Shown piece after piece: positions 1 to 9,227 of a stretch of 29,390 bases of DNA. Numbering within the stretch: position 1 is the stretch's first letter; every line of letters starts with the position of its first letter. The notes under the pieces are model-generated. The model searched no databases, had not been told where the DNA came from, and saw nothing but the letters and a program-made list of their open reading frames with translations. Source of the stretch: a virus (Duplodnaviria > Caudoviricetes); IMG/VR virus record IMGVR_UViG_3300025015_000383, positions 1 through 29,390 of that record; one strand, written 5' to 3'. The position numbers and the translations under genes were made by a program.

Positions 1-123
1 TTTGTATTTTGACCAACGATTAATCAGCGATGATGTGCCAATGTTAAATAGCGACCAATCAGCAGAATATCCAAGATTAGTCCTGACTGCGCTTAATGCC
101 AAATTTGTAGTTGCCAGTGCCAT
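1..123 (-). CDS. N-terminus of a putative virion/tail-associated protein, running off the window edge
   Basis: Manual translation from ATG at 123: MALATTNLALSAVRTNLGYSADWSLFNIGTSSLINRWSKYK..., open to the edge. The IN-x-WSKYK motif resembles proteins downstream of tail fibres in Bacteroidota phages. Confidence 0.6.
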   Translation of the reverse strand, partial: MALATTNLALSAVRTNLGYSADWSLFNIGTSSLINRWSKYK

Positions 124-124
124 T

Positions 125-288
125 TTAAGCAATTAACTCTTTTTTAGCATATTTGCCATGTTTTATATGAGATTTACTCATATTTATTCTTGCTTTAAAA
201 GAGGGACTTTGTTTATGTTTACCCATAGCAGGCTTACTCATTTTTAATTTTGTTTCATCAGACATTTTAACAATTCCTTTATTTTCAT
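125..288 (-). pseudogene. Remnant of a NUMOD3-repeat homing endonuclease (no nuclease domain, frameshifted)
   Basis: ATG at 288 gives MKIKGIVKMSDETKLKMSKPAMGKHKQSPSFKSKNKYE*; an overlapping frame gives ARINMSKSHIKHGKYAKKELIA*. Both resemble the S-E-E-T-x-x-K-M-S repeats of the two intact GIY-YIG genes in this window. Confidence 0.55.
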
Positions 289-289
289 A

Positions 290-2929
290 TTAAACTCCGT
301 AACAAATTACATCACCTTTAACTGTTAATGTACCAGAAGAAGATAATTTTTTTTGCCAAGTACCATTATAACTCCAATAATATTCCGTTGTACCATTTGG
401 AACTTGTAACCAATAATTGGCCTCAGTCGAATCATAATGAATAATATTATTACCTGCTCTAATCCCCAGTTCTCCAAATAATGTGAGTTTCTGACTTCCG
501 GCAGTGCCTCCAATAATGACATTATGACTTGTAAGAATAGTTATGGCAGATGTATTTCCGACATCTGCTGAAATCATTATTTTCCCGCCTTCACTCCTTA
601 GTGCAATATCACCGCCTACCGAGCCATTAATTAAAAAATTAGTACCATAAGCAGCTCCTATATATCCCTTTGTAACATCAGATAAACTAAACGTAATTGC
701 AGAATTAGCCGTGCTGCTATTAAGATTTAATAATTGAGATTTAGTTGTAGTACCGATACTAACCTGACCTGTAAACGTAGGATTTGTAAACATTGTAGCC
801 TTACTCTCATTAGTCACATTACCAAGTCCTACATCTGATGATACTAATGCAAGAGCCGTTTTAAAATTTGCTGCATTCAAAGCACTAACAGAATTATTAG
901 CATTGAGACGGATGAAAGTAATCGCTCCGGGATTGGCCAGAGTAATCAGATTATTTCCTACTGTTGTATTTACCAGTGAAGTTCCCCATGCCGTACCTGT
1001 TGAAAGAGCAATACCAGATGCAGGATAAGTAGATGAAAGTATAATACTGGAGTTTGTCGGAGTTGCCGCTGCAGGCACTGTCCATGCCCCCTTTGCATTT
1101 AAAAAATAACTTGCACCAGCGTTATTAGCACCAGGAACCATGCCTTTTATAGGAGACGACGTACTGAATAATGCTCCTTTTGTAATTATTGAAGCGGCCT
1201 TAATAAGCCTATCTTGTAGAGTATGCGGTACAACCGGATTTGCTAAAACGACTTTTATCTTATAAGGATTAACCAGCGGGTATTCAATACTCGAAATTCT
1301 GATTAACTTATTAATTGAAAGTGCTGAATCAATTATAGTAACCCTGTTGCCTGCTTTTAAAGATATATTATTCAGTTTTGCATCCTTTGGGTCGATCTCT
1401 AAAGTATATAATACATGAGGAGCACAGTTTTCATTCAGGTATCTTTGCGTAGCGGCCTGTAATGTGGCCTCTGCCGTGTCGATATACGTTTGAGGCATTA
1501 TTATATTAACAAGTGTATAAGTATCCCCAATTACAGGCAGATGAGTTGCATTCGGCTGTATATATCCATCAGAATCAGTAAATGATTCTATATAAATTCG
1601 TTTTGTAGTATAATCAAAGTGCGAGATTTCACACTGTACCCCGGAAAGGACACCTGATTTAAAGACCACTGATGCCGTTTGTCCTGAGATATTATAATCA
1701 TTTATATCAAAGTTAATTGAGGTATCTTCAATAAAACTTGTTTCCGGATTTAAATCCGTACCTGTCCCTCCGGCTGCATTTGCGATTAAATTATCAGCAG
1801 TTCCCGATCCTGGCGTAATTGTTGCTGCTGCAAAATCTACACCCGGCACAGCAGCCATAAATAATATTTCTGAATTGGAAATTCTTGTCAGCGTAACGGC
1901 CCCAAAATCATTCTGATGGTCAAGATAAAAAGCAAGTACTGTAACTGATACACTTGTATTCCAAACCATTGTTTCAGAGTAACCGTTACATCCTACTGTA
2001 CAATCTCCGGATGCATTATTTTTTGTTATCTTGTCAATCCTTGCTACCGCACCTGATCCACCGGCATCGAAATTCATTGTTACCGCTGTGATTGTTCCGG
2101 TACGTTCAGGAAATATATTATCATCCACGAAAACACCTTCAATAGTACCATATAAGGCTGATGCAGAAGGTGAATCCAGATAGCCTGATGCCGCATAACC
2201 TGATGGAGCGAAAATGAGTCTTTTATTCCCGTTTCTGTAAGTGTCCGGGATATTTGTTTGTCCTCCAAATCCGTAACACCGGGTAATGATGTTTTGATTC
2301 AAAACCTGTTCACGGGTTAATTTATAAAGTCCGTTTTCACGACCATATTCAAAACTATATCCCGAAGCCCCGGCAATAGAATCCTGTAAACTAATAACCT
2401 TATCAGTGATATCATATTCCATTTTATAAGCTTCTGCAATTTTTGAAAGAGCAGATAGACAGGATTCGTTTGTAAATTGCAAGGTCTTATCTATACCAGT
2501 TGAACAAGTACCGGAAGCCCACGTAGGATTTATTTCATTAATATTCGTAAGTATCTTACTGATAAAGTCTACAGGTGACCCATCATAACTAAAATCAGTC
2601 AACCCATTTGCGCCGTCTTTAAAAAGTTTTTTATTAAGATTATAAAGATTAGCCTGGAAATCTACATTGTATTTAAAAGTCGAATCATTGATCTTAACTA
2701 CACTCGGAAGCTGATTAATAAAATAGTTCTCCCCGGTTGCTGCGCCTCCACTGGCAGGATATGTGATATAATCACCGATAGTTATGTCAAGAGCGGAAGC
2801 AGAATTATGAATGAACTCCGAAGTTATCTTATGTTCACCCATTAACTTTTTACTATAAACACACCTATCATCAATATCAACTGTAATTGGTATTGCCCTT
2901 CCGCTGCGATATATATCGATACTTATCAT
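290..2929 (-). CDS. Tail tip/baseplate hub protein with C-terminal fibre-like region
   Basis: 879 aa, located after tape measure and Dit-like genes. The N-terminus (MGEHKITSEF...ITIGDYI; ITRCYGFGGQTNIP) is typical of Bacteroidota phage tail hub proteins. The C-terminus is G/S/T/N-rich with the fibre motif DVGLGNVTNESKATMFTNPTFTG. Confidence 0.75.
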   Translation of the reverse strand: MISIDIYRSGRAIPITVDIDDRCVYSKKLMGEHKITSEFIHNSASALDITIGDYITYPASGGAATGENYFINQLPSVVKINDSTFKYNVDFQANLYNLNKKLFKDGANGLTDFSYDGSPVDFISKILTNINEINPTWASGTCSTGIDKTLQFTNESCLSALSKIAEAYKMEYDITDKVISLQDSIAGASGYSFEYGRENGLYKLTREQVLNQNIITRCYGFGGQTNIPDTYRNGNKRLIFAPSGYAASGYLDSPSASALYGTIEGVFVDDNIFPERTGTITAVTMNFDAGGSGAVARIDKITKNNASGDCTVGCNGYSETMVWNTSVSVTVLAFYLDHQNDFGAVTLTRISNSEILFMAAVPGVDFAAATITPGSGTADNLIANAAGGTGTDLNPETSFIEDTSINFDINDYNISGQTASVVFKSGVLSGVQCEISHFDYTTKRIYIESFTDSDGYIQPNATHLPVIGDTYTLVNIIMPQTYIDTAEATLQAATQRYLNENCAPHVLYTLEIDPKDAKLNNISLKAGNRVTIIDSALSINKLIRISSIEYPLVNPYKIKVVLANPVVPHTLQDRLIKAASIITKGALFSTSSPIKGMVPGANNAGASYFLNAKGAWTVPAAATPTNSSIILSSTYPASGIALSTGTAWGTSLVNTTVGNNLITLANPGAITFIRLNANNSVSALNAANFKTALALVSSDVGLGNVTNESKATMFTNPTFTGQVSIGTTTKSQLLNLNSSTANSAITFSLSDVTKGYIGAAYGTNFLINGSVGGDIALRSEGGKIMISADVGNTSAITILTSHNVIIGGTAGSQKLTLFGELGIRAGNNIIHYDSTEANYWLQVPNGTTEYYWSYNGTWQKKLSSSGTLTVKGDVICYGV

Positions 2930-3741
2930 GTCACTGAAACTGCTATCAAACTCATTCGAAACTTTGCAATAACACCCAAATTATAAAGAAAAATATTATC
3001 AACCTTAAAGCCTGAAGTGGCAAAGCAAACTACTGTAACCCCATTCAAAACTATTGATCTGGTTCCGGCAGAAGAAAAAACTTTATAAAGAGCCTGTATC
3101 TTACTTTGAAAATCCGACAAAGAAGACCCTGTGATAAATCCATTAAATTCCAGAGTATTATTTTTGCGCTTTACTATCTGATAACCCTCTGATCCATATT
3201 TAGTGAATTGCTGCTCTTTGAGCTCAGGCAAATCATGTAATGCTTCTGCTTTGGACAAATATAGTCCAAAAGATAAAAAAGGTATTGAATCAATAGTATA
3301 AGTACTTATACCTGATGCAGGTAAAGTTCCGGTTAAGCTAACTACCGTCTCCCTGAAGGTCATTACAACACTTGCTCCTCCGTTCATGTATTCAGGTATT
3401 ACCGATTTAACGTAACCCGAAGCACTATTATATGGCGTCTCGAAAATACTTAGTCCGGTTGCTGCATTAATGGCAGTATAGAAGCTACTCAAATAACCAT
3501 TTATACCTGATGCAGTTCCACCAATTGAACCTGAAAAAATAATATCCCGTCCGGCAAAAAATATCTCATCAGCCAAAACCCACGGCTCCACGCCTGACTC
3601 ATCGCCCCATTCATGAAAACATTCTCCTGCTCTTTCCGGCATGTTGAAACAGTTCTGAATAGCAATATTTGAACCCGGTGAATGCCCTGCCCGGATATTG
3701 TAAGTATTGTATAAATTTATGCCATCAAGTAAATATGCCAT
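2926..3741 (-). CDS. Distal tail (Dit)-like protein with two internally similar halves
   Basis: Position between tape measure and tail hub; ATGA overlap with the next gene. The halves begin YLLDGINL and YTIDSIPF and share a F-x-G-x-I-x-G segment followed by an amphipathic helix. Confidence 0.6.
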   Translation of the reverse strand: MAYLLDGINLYNTYNIRAGHSPGSNIAIQNCFNMPERAGECFHEWGDESGVEPWVLADEIFFAGRDIIFSGSIGGTASGINGYLSSFYTAINAATGLSIFETPYNSASGYVKSVIPEYMNGGASVVMTFRETVVSLTGTLPASGISTYTIDSIPFLSFGLYLSKAEALHDLPELKEQQFTKYGSEGYQIVKRKNNTLEFNGFITGSSLSDFQSKIQALYKVFSSAGTRSIVLNGVTVVCFATSGFKVDNIFLYNLGVIAKFRMSLIAVSVT

Positions 3742-4514
3742 TATGCAACCTTATTTTGCTTCCGAATTATCCATGCTTTTTTCTGTGCCTCACTCATTAT
3801 TTTTAATTCCGCTTCAGAATGTTTTCTTTTCTTACCAGCCTCACTTAATTTTCTTCTATGTTCATCTGACATATTTAAAGTTGCTATTCTTTTTTTATTT
3901 CTGGATTCAATGGAATCTTTTTTACCATAATTTGGGTTATTTTTACCAGAATGATTAAATCCAAACATTGGATTATCTGATCCTAATCCCTTCCCTTTAT
4001 GTGAAATGCTTTTCTTTCTTCTTGTTTCAACTGAATCAGTAGGTCTTTGTTTGGCTGCTTCACTTTGTTTCTTTATGGACTCTTTTGTATGGTGTTTCCT
4101 AAAAAAGTGATTTTTTTCACCCATTAAGGATTCACTTATTTTTATTCTAGTTTCCTGCGAAGGTTCTCTGCCTTTTGCTTTTTCACTTAATATTAATTTA
4201 GTCTTTTCAGAGTGTAAAAATCCAAGAGTACTACCAGCAATTTGACAAACATTAAAATAAGGTTTTAAGGTATCAATATAAAACTGTTCTCTTATAATTA
4301 GAAATTCAGGAAAACATGGCTCGATAATTATAAATACTAAATCAGATTCACTATATTTATTAAAATGTCTTTGAAGTTGTGGTGAATGATGTTTATTGTT
4401 TCTTAATGATTTTAAATGACATCTCCATCTATCTCTAAAGTTAATAGCGCTACCAATATAACACCGTCCGGGATTTATTTGTGATTGAATTTTATATATA
4501 CCTGAATATTTCAT
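3741..4514 (-). CDS. Free-standing GIY-YIG homing endonuclease with NUMOD3 repeats
   Basis: SGIYKI...CYIGSA...RWRCH, REQFYID...FN, then repeated HSEKTK/SQETRIKIS/SVETRRKKS DNA-binding modules. Confidence 0.93.
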   Translation of the reverse strand: MKYSGIYKIQSQINPGRCYIGSAINFRDRWRCHLKSLRNNKHHSPQLQRHFNKYSESDLVFIIIEPCFPEFLIIREQFYIDTLKPYFNVCQIAGSTLGFLHSEKTKLILSEKAKGREPSQETRIKISESLMGEKNHFFRKHHTKESIKKQSEAAKQRPTDSVETRRKKSISHKGKGLGSDNPMFGFNHSGKNNPNYGKKDSIESRNKKRIATLNMSDEHRRKLSEAGKKRKHSEAELKIMSEAQKKAWIIRKQNKVA

Positions 4515-4534
4515 ATTTAAAGATACAAATATTT

Positions 4535-6997
4535 TTAAAAAGAACCTACTGCTGGCTGTTTAGTATTTGAAACAATGCTTTTTAATTCTATTACGGCTAA
4601 TTGTAATTGCGTTACTGTTTCTGCGGTATTTTTCTCTATACCCACAAGATGATTGACTCCCATAAGAGTATAATCTTTGCTAATACGAATATCATCTGAT
4701 GTACGTCTCCATATACCGGCCAACTCCGTCCCGGTCTGCTCTGAAATCTGTCTCTGGATACCCATCGAAAGACCCTGATTTAAAACCTCTCCCCCTATAT
4801 TTAATCCGCTTGTCATAGTTTCATAAGCCTCTTGGTTTTCATCTGCTATTTCTGCTATCCTTCTGGCATTTTCTTCTTTTTCAATATTAGTAATACCTCC
4901 GGTCATTGCACCCTTCAACCATTCCATGTAAGCAAGCATTTTAGGACTTGATAAAAGTGAATCTGTAAATACACTCATCACGGCATCAATTAACACCTGG
5001 TTCATATAGTCTGCAAAATCATCAACTGATGTTTTCCCTTCCTGAAATCCTTGTGCAATAACATCTGCAATAGTATTTTCTGTAATACCCCCTGTAAGAA
5101 AATCTGTTAATGCCTGTTCAGCATCTTCAATTAATCTGTTAGTCTCTTCGAGTGCATCATTAACTTCCTTTAATTTATTTTTTCCTGAACCAACCAATCC
5201 ACCCAAAATACCGGTCCGATGACTTGCTATCTGAATTTCAAGTTCTTTTTGTCTCTTCTCTTGAGTTACTTTTAATTGTCTGAGATACTCAAGTTCGTCT
5301 TTTCTGGCTTGTTCCTGACCTCCTTTTCTTTCTGATAGTTCAATTAACCGTGCCTGTTCCTCAAGTAGTACATTAATATGCTCTATCTGTGATTCAAATT
5401 TCATAGCAGCAGTCGGGATATATGATATTATCCCGGCTAACATTTTACCTGCTGCGCTGGCTATTGCAGCAGGATTACCGGTAGCCATCGCAATGAAAGT
5501 ATCCAGTGAACTATTTAGCAATGCCATTGACTTTTCGTCCAGTCCAATTTGTTCTCCGATCTGATAAACCAGGTCAGCAGCAGCATTAACTATATGATTC
5601 CTTAAATCTAACTGTTCTTTTAATAGTTCTATTTGATCTTTGTCATTTTCTGCAATGTCTTTCTGCATCTTCTTATACCACTCAACGCTCCCGGAAGCTA
5701 ATTTAAAATTATCCGCCCCTTCTTTGCTAAATTCAGAGCCTATTGCCGGAGTCTTCCCTTTTCTTACTAAAGCCCTGTTAAGTATTGAATATCCTTTGCC
5801 GGGATCTATCTTACTAAGTATTTCATCTATTTTTTCATATTCTTTTTTAATAGCTTCGAGAGCCTCTTTTGCTTTTTGTTTCTCAGAATCATACAATTCC
5901 TTTCTTGCAGCCATTAAACTATTAGTTGCCCTCACTTGTCTCTGATCACTTTCTTTCTGCAGATTGATTTCCTCTGCAATGGCCTCCTCAAGTTTCTTCC
6001 TATCTTCATCCCTTAATTGTCCCCGTTTTTCGAGTTCAACATTCTGATTCCTTATATTCAGAATTACCCACTGCTGATGCTTAATTTCATTCTGCGCTGT
6101 CCTATTTTCCAGATCAAGAGCCTTTTGAAGTGCAGTTATTCTTACTTCTGGCTTCTTTGTATCATCAGCATAAAGTAACCTGGCCTTAACAATTTCTGCG
6201 TTAGCTTTTGCCCTTGGTACGATCATTGCACGTTCAGCATCTCCCAATTCTTGCTGTCTTCGTGTATAATTTTCAGCAGCCTCTCCGGCTTCATTCATTG
6301 ATGTTGTAAGGTCATCAAAATATTTCCTTACTCCGGGAATAAAGTTTGCAGTTGTCGAAATTAATTTCAATCCATTTACAAGTCTGGTTCCCCAGGGAGT
6401 CGCCTCATCACCTTTCTCCCCGACCATTGATTTTCCTAACTTAATAAATTCACCCTGCAATACTCCAACCGCCGCCTTTAGTCCAGATATTTTTCGTTCA
6501 AGTAATTCAATCCCTTCCTGCGACCTTGTTAAAAATGATAATACAGTTTCTTTCAGTACCTTAACTACCGCCTGAACAGAAACATAAGCAAGCGCCATTC
6601 TGCCTATCTTATCTATAATTCCAGTAGAAGACTTTTCAATCTGAACATTCCCTTCAATCTGTTGTTTTTGTAATTTAGCAAGCTGCGCCTGTTCTTCTGC
6701 GAGTGCTCTCTTAACTGACTTTAATTCCCCTGCAGCAGCCATTTTACTCCGTCCCGCCGTTGCATCATCATAGGCTTTTTGAAGTCGCTTAACATCCTGC
6801 TCAATAGATTTGATGAGAGTCTTTTGCTCAGCGATAGCCTGTTTAAATGATTTGGTCATTTTATTAAGGCCCTGATCTGCCTGACTTCCGGCCTTCTCAA
6901 CACCTTTTGCCCAGTCTCTGACAGTTTTATTACTGTTTCGGATAGCAGTTTCAAGCTGTACGGTATTTAACGAGGCATCAAAAATTATACTACTCAT
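4535..6997 (-). CDS. Tape measure protein
   Basis: 820 aa, largely helical/coiled-coil and A/E/K/Q-rich; directly follows the tail assembly chaperone; C-terminal ISEQTGTELAG motif typical of Bacteroidota phage tape measure proteins. Confidence 0.85.
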   Translation of the reverse strand: MSSIIFDASLNTVQLETAIRNSNKTVRDWAKGVEKAGSQADQGLNKMTKSFKQAIAEQKTLIKSIEQDVKRLQKAYDDATAGRSKMAAAGELKSVKRALAEEQAQLAKLQKQQIEGNVQIEKSSTGIIDKIGRMALAYVSVQAVVKVLKETVLSFLTRSQEGIELLERKISGLKAAVGVLQGEFIKLGKSMVGEKGDEATPWGTRLVNGLKLISTTANFIPGVRKYFDDLTTSMNEAGEAAENYTRRQQELGDAERAMIVPRAKANAEIVKARLLYADDTKKPEVRITALQKALDLENRTAQNEIKHQQWVILNIRNQNVELEKRGQLRDEDRKKLEEAIAEEINLQKESDQRQVRATNSLMAARKELYDSEKQKAKEALEAIKKEYEKIDEILSKIDPGKGYSILNRALVRKGKTPAIGSEFSKEGADNFKLASGSVEWYKKMQKDIAENDKDQIELLKEQLDLRNHIVNAAADLVYQIGEQIGLDEKSMALLNSSLDTFIAMATGNPAAIASAAGKMLAGIISYIPTAAMKFESQIEHINVLLEEQARLIELSERKGGQEQARKDELEYLRQLKVTQEKRQKELEIQIASHRTGILGGLVGSGKNKLKEVNDALEETNRLIEDAEQALTDFLTGGITENTIADVIAQGFQEGKTSVDDFADYMNQVLIDAVMSVFTDSLLSSPKMLAYMEWLKGAMTGGITNIEKEENARRIAEIADENQEAYETMTSGLNIGGEVLNQGLSMGIQRQISEQTGTELAGIWRRTSDDIRISKDYTLMGVNHLVGIEKNTAETVTQLQLAVIELKSIVSNTKQPAVGSF

Positions 6998-7248
6998 GGC
7001 TTAATATATTTTCCAAGTATTAAATTTGCCTGATCGCCGGTAATCATCTTTTTTGCTTTGTAATCCCAGTAAGGATAATCATACATTTGAAGTTGTAAAG
7101 AAATCCAAGAACTTTCCATTAATTCTTTCTCTGTTAATCCAAGTTTCACACGCATCAAAGCCAACCGGCCAAAGATAGACTCTCCTCCTATTGTTCTTCC
7201 TGTTTCACTACTGTCCGGATCATCCCTTTTGCTGAAATTATAATGTAA
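6994..7248 (-). CDS. Tail assembly chaperone -1 frameshift extension (gpT-like), absent from the ORF track
   Basis: The -1 frame is open from the T9 run to a TGA overlapping the tape measure ATG: LHYNFSKRDDPDSSETGRTIGGESIFGRLALMRVKLGLTEKELMESSWISLQLQMYDYPYWDYKAKKMITGDQANLILGKYIKP*. Confidence 0.75.
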   Translation of the reverse strand, partial: LHYNFSKRDDPDSSETGRTIGGESIFGRLALMRVKLGLTEKELMESSWISLQLQMYDYPYWDYKAKKMITGDQANLILGKYIKP

Positions 7249-7601
7249 AAAAAAACCTCTGAATCACATTGTTTTCTGACAATATTAAATAAAGTCTGAA
7301 TATCTTTTAACGGAAGTTTAAGAATAGCCCTGTAAACAATCCATTTATATTTTGTCCCTGTAGCAATAGTTATTACCTTAGCTATATAACGGATATCAGG
7401 AATGCCAGACATTAATGCCGGGAACATTTCTTGCTCTTTGTCAATCTCTTTGATCTGAGATACTTCGCCACTGATATCAATTAACTGTCTGGCTGTAATG
7501 GGTTTTATTTTTAATCTAAATCGAAACCAACCATACTTTAAAGTAAAGCGGTCTTGTGACCCCGATAGTCCAAGAATAATATTTGAAATCTGTCTCTGCA
7601 T
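7188..7601 (-). CDS. Tail assembly chaperone (gpG-like)
   Basis: 137 aa between tail tube and tape measure genes; contains a slippery T9 run near its 3' end. Confidence 0.75.
   Translation of the reverse strand: MQRQISNIILGLSGSQDRFTLKYGWFRFRLKIKPITARQLIDISGEVSQIKEIDKEQEMFPALMSGIPDIRYIAKVITIATGTKYKWIVYRAILKLPLKDIQTLFNIVRKQCDSEVFFYIIISAKGMIRTVVKQEEQ
7247..7255 (-). other. Slippery site (GTT TTT TTT TAC) for programmed -1 ribosomal frameshift
   Basis: Nine consecutive T on the coding strand. The -1 frame has a TGA three codons upstream and is then open up to the tape measure start. Confidence 0.65.
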
Positions 7602-8284
7602 TAAGCTACTCTATTTTGATGTTTTTCATTATATGCTTTTTTACGGCCTTCAACCATTTTGCTTAATGTTTTTTCTGAATATGGATTAACCTTTCCTTTA
7701 TTCCACGGTGTTTTGCCTTGATGTTTTTTAAGAGTTTCTTCTGAATATTTACTCCCTTTAGCCCAAGTATTTCTACCTTTCATCCCCTTGCTGTGATTTT
7801 CTCTTGTTTCTTCTGACATCGGAGGTCTTTTTTTGGCTGAATCACTCATCTTTTTACTTGTTTCTTTAGGGACGCCTTTTTTACCTTTATTCCATGCAGT
7901 CTTACCTTTGTGTGCCTTACTACTTTGTAGTTTAGATTCTATTGTATGATGTTTACCAAACATAGGATTATCTTCACCAAACAAACCTATATGCGAAGGC
8001 TCACCTGTAATCTTACAAATATTAAAGAATGGATTTAGAGTATCAATATAATACTGCTCTCTGACAAAAAGAAATTCAGGAAAACAAGGTTCAATAATAA
8101 TTAGCACTAAGTCTATTTTCCCATACTTATCAAAATGACGTTGCAATTTTAAAGAATGATGATCTCCTTTTCTTAAAGAGTTTAAATGACGAGACCATCT
8201 ATCCCTAATATTAAGGGAGCTGCCTATATAAATTCTTTCAGGATTTATAATAGACTGAATTTTATATACACCGGATAGTTTCAT
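7601..8284 (-). CDS. Free-standing GIY-YIG homing endonuclease with NUMOD3 repeats (second copy)
   Basis: SGVYKI...IYIGSS...RWSRH, REQYYID, and repeats AWNKGK/SEETRENHS/PWNKGK. ATG at 8284 is preferred over TTG 8290 because it aligns with the paralog start MKYSGIYKI. Confidence 0.93.
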   Translation of the reverse strand: MKLSGVYKIQSIINPERIYIGSSLNIRDRWSRHLNSLRKGDHHSLKLQRHFDKYGKIDLVLIIIEPCFPEFLFVREQYYIDTLNPFFNICKITGEPSHIGLFGEDNPMFGKHHTIESKLQSSKAHKGKTAWNKGKKGVPKETSKKMSDSAKKRPPMSEETRENHSKGMKGRNTWAKGSKYSEETLKKHQGKTPWNKGKVNPYSEKTLSKMVEGRKKAYNEKHQNRVA

Positions 8285-8287
8285 ACC

Positions 8288-8295
8288 CAAAGATA
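8288..8295 (-). promoter_or_regulatory. Bacteroidota -7 promoter box TATCTTTG, 3 nt upstream of the GIY-YIG ATG
   Basis: Exact TAnnTTTG match; the paralog has TATCTTTA (4518-4525) at the same spacing. Confidence 0.55.
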
Positions 8296-8303
8296 CAAAA
8301 TAA

Positions 8304-8335
8304 TAATTAAGATCCTCTTCGGAGGCTCTTAATTA
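8304..8335 (-). terminator. Hairpin after the tail tube gene (putative terminator)
   Basis: TAATTAAGA-G-CCTC-CGAA-GAGG-A-TCTTAATTA followed by TTATTTT. Confidence 0.6.
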
Positions 8336-8827
8336 AAATGCGCTAATCTTCCAACTACCAGTGTTATCCAATGTCATTTGAGGGAGGGCCTTGAGCTCCA
8401 AAGAAAAAAGCTTATCCCTTCCACCACCGCCGGTGATGCGAGTGATGCAGTTTGCATTATACATCTGAAGCTTATGCCCTGAATCAAGTAAAAGCTCCAA
8501 TGCAAGGTTAATAGTCGTGTAGCCGGTTGCAGGAGTGTATCCGGAGGCATTGCCTGTACCACCTTTCAAGGCAGCAATATTGGCGAAGGTCATGTCATAG
8601 AACTGCATGATTGCAGAAAGTTCGCCTTCTTCTGTTTTTACGCTTCTGACAGGTGAAAACTTCTGATCAACATAGAAGTTAGTCAGAGATCCTTCTGTCT
8701 CCTCAATACTTACAGATCCCTTAACGGTATCCGGTAAGGTAGTCAGAGCGGCACCCGAAGGCATATTGCTCCCGGTTGCGGCTGTTCCGTATTTTACGGA
8801 TGCTATTCCAAATAAATAAACTGCCAT
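8333..8827 (-). CDS. Major tail (tube) protein
   Basis: 164 aa, beta-rich, G/T-rich; follows the tail terminator-like gene and precedes the chaperone/tape measure genes. Confidence 0.75.
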   Translation of the reverse strand: MAVYLFGIASVKYGTAATGSNMPSGAALTTLPDTVKGSVSIEETEGSLTNFYVDQKFSPVRSVKTEEGELSAIMQFYDMTFANIAALKGGTGNASGYTPATGYTTINLALELLLDSGHKLQMYNANCITRITGGGGRDKLFSLELKALPQMTLDNTGSWKISAF

Positions 8828-8831
8828 ATTC

Positions 8832-9227
8832 TTAATTATTAATGTTTTTGAAACTAAATCTTAAATTTGAATAATGTTCTCCAAGTTGCTCCTCCCTTAT
8901 TGTCTCCTGACTTTCAAGATCAATGAGATAACTTGTTGTAGAGACTTGTTTTAATGCTGCCAGAATTAATGCTGATCCGGCTTCCAATTTTGTGGCATCA
9001 GGGATTAACCCGATACCCGGCCCTCCGTCAATATCCTTAACGTGATAATTCACGTTGACATAACATTTTTGCATCACATTAGCATTTACCGGGAGCGAGT
9101 TGATGACCACGTATTCTGTTGCGGTTGACTTGCTGGGTTTTGTCTTTAAATATTTTGGTTTCGTTATAGACCCCAAAAGTGAGTAAACAATACCTATTAT
9201 GTAATCCGTAGTCTTATAATCGCTCAT
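8832..9227 (-). CDS. Tail terminator/completion protein
   Basis: 131 aa; synteny; EYVVINSL...VNVNYHVKD pattern of Bacteroidota phage tail completion proteins. Confidence 0.65.
   Translation of the reverse strand: MSDYKTTDYIIGIVYSLLGSITKPKYLKTKPSKSTATEYVVINSLPVNANVMQKCYVNVNYHVKDIDGGPGIGLIPDATKLEAGSALILAALKQVSTTSYLIDLESQETIREEQLGEHYSNLRFSFKNINN

Noticed and set aside
3741-8335. Group I introns hosting the GIY-YIG genes
   Set aside because: Flanking tail genes look complete and the intergenic spacers are under 50 nt, leaving no room for a ribozyme core
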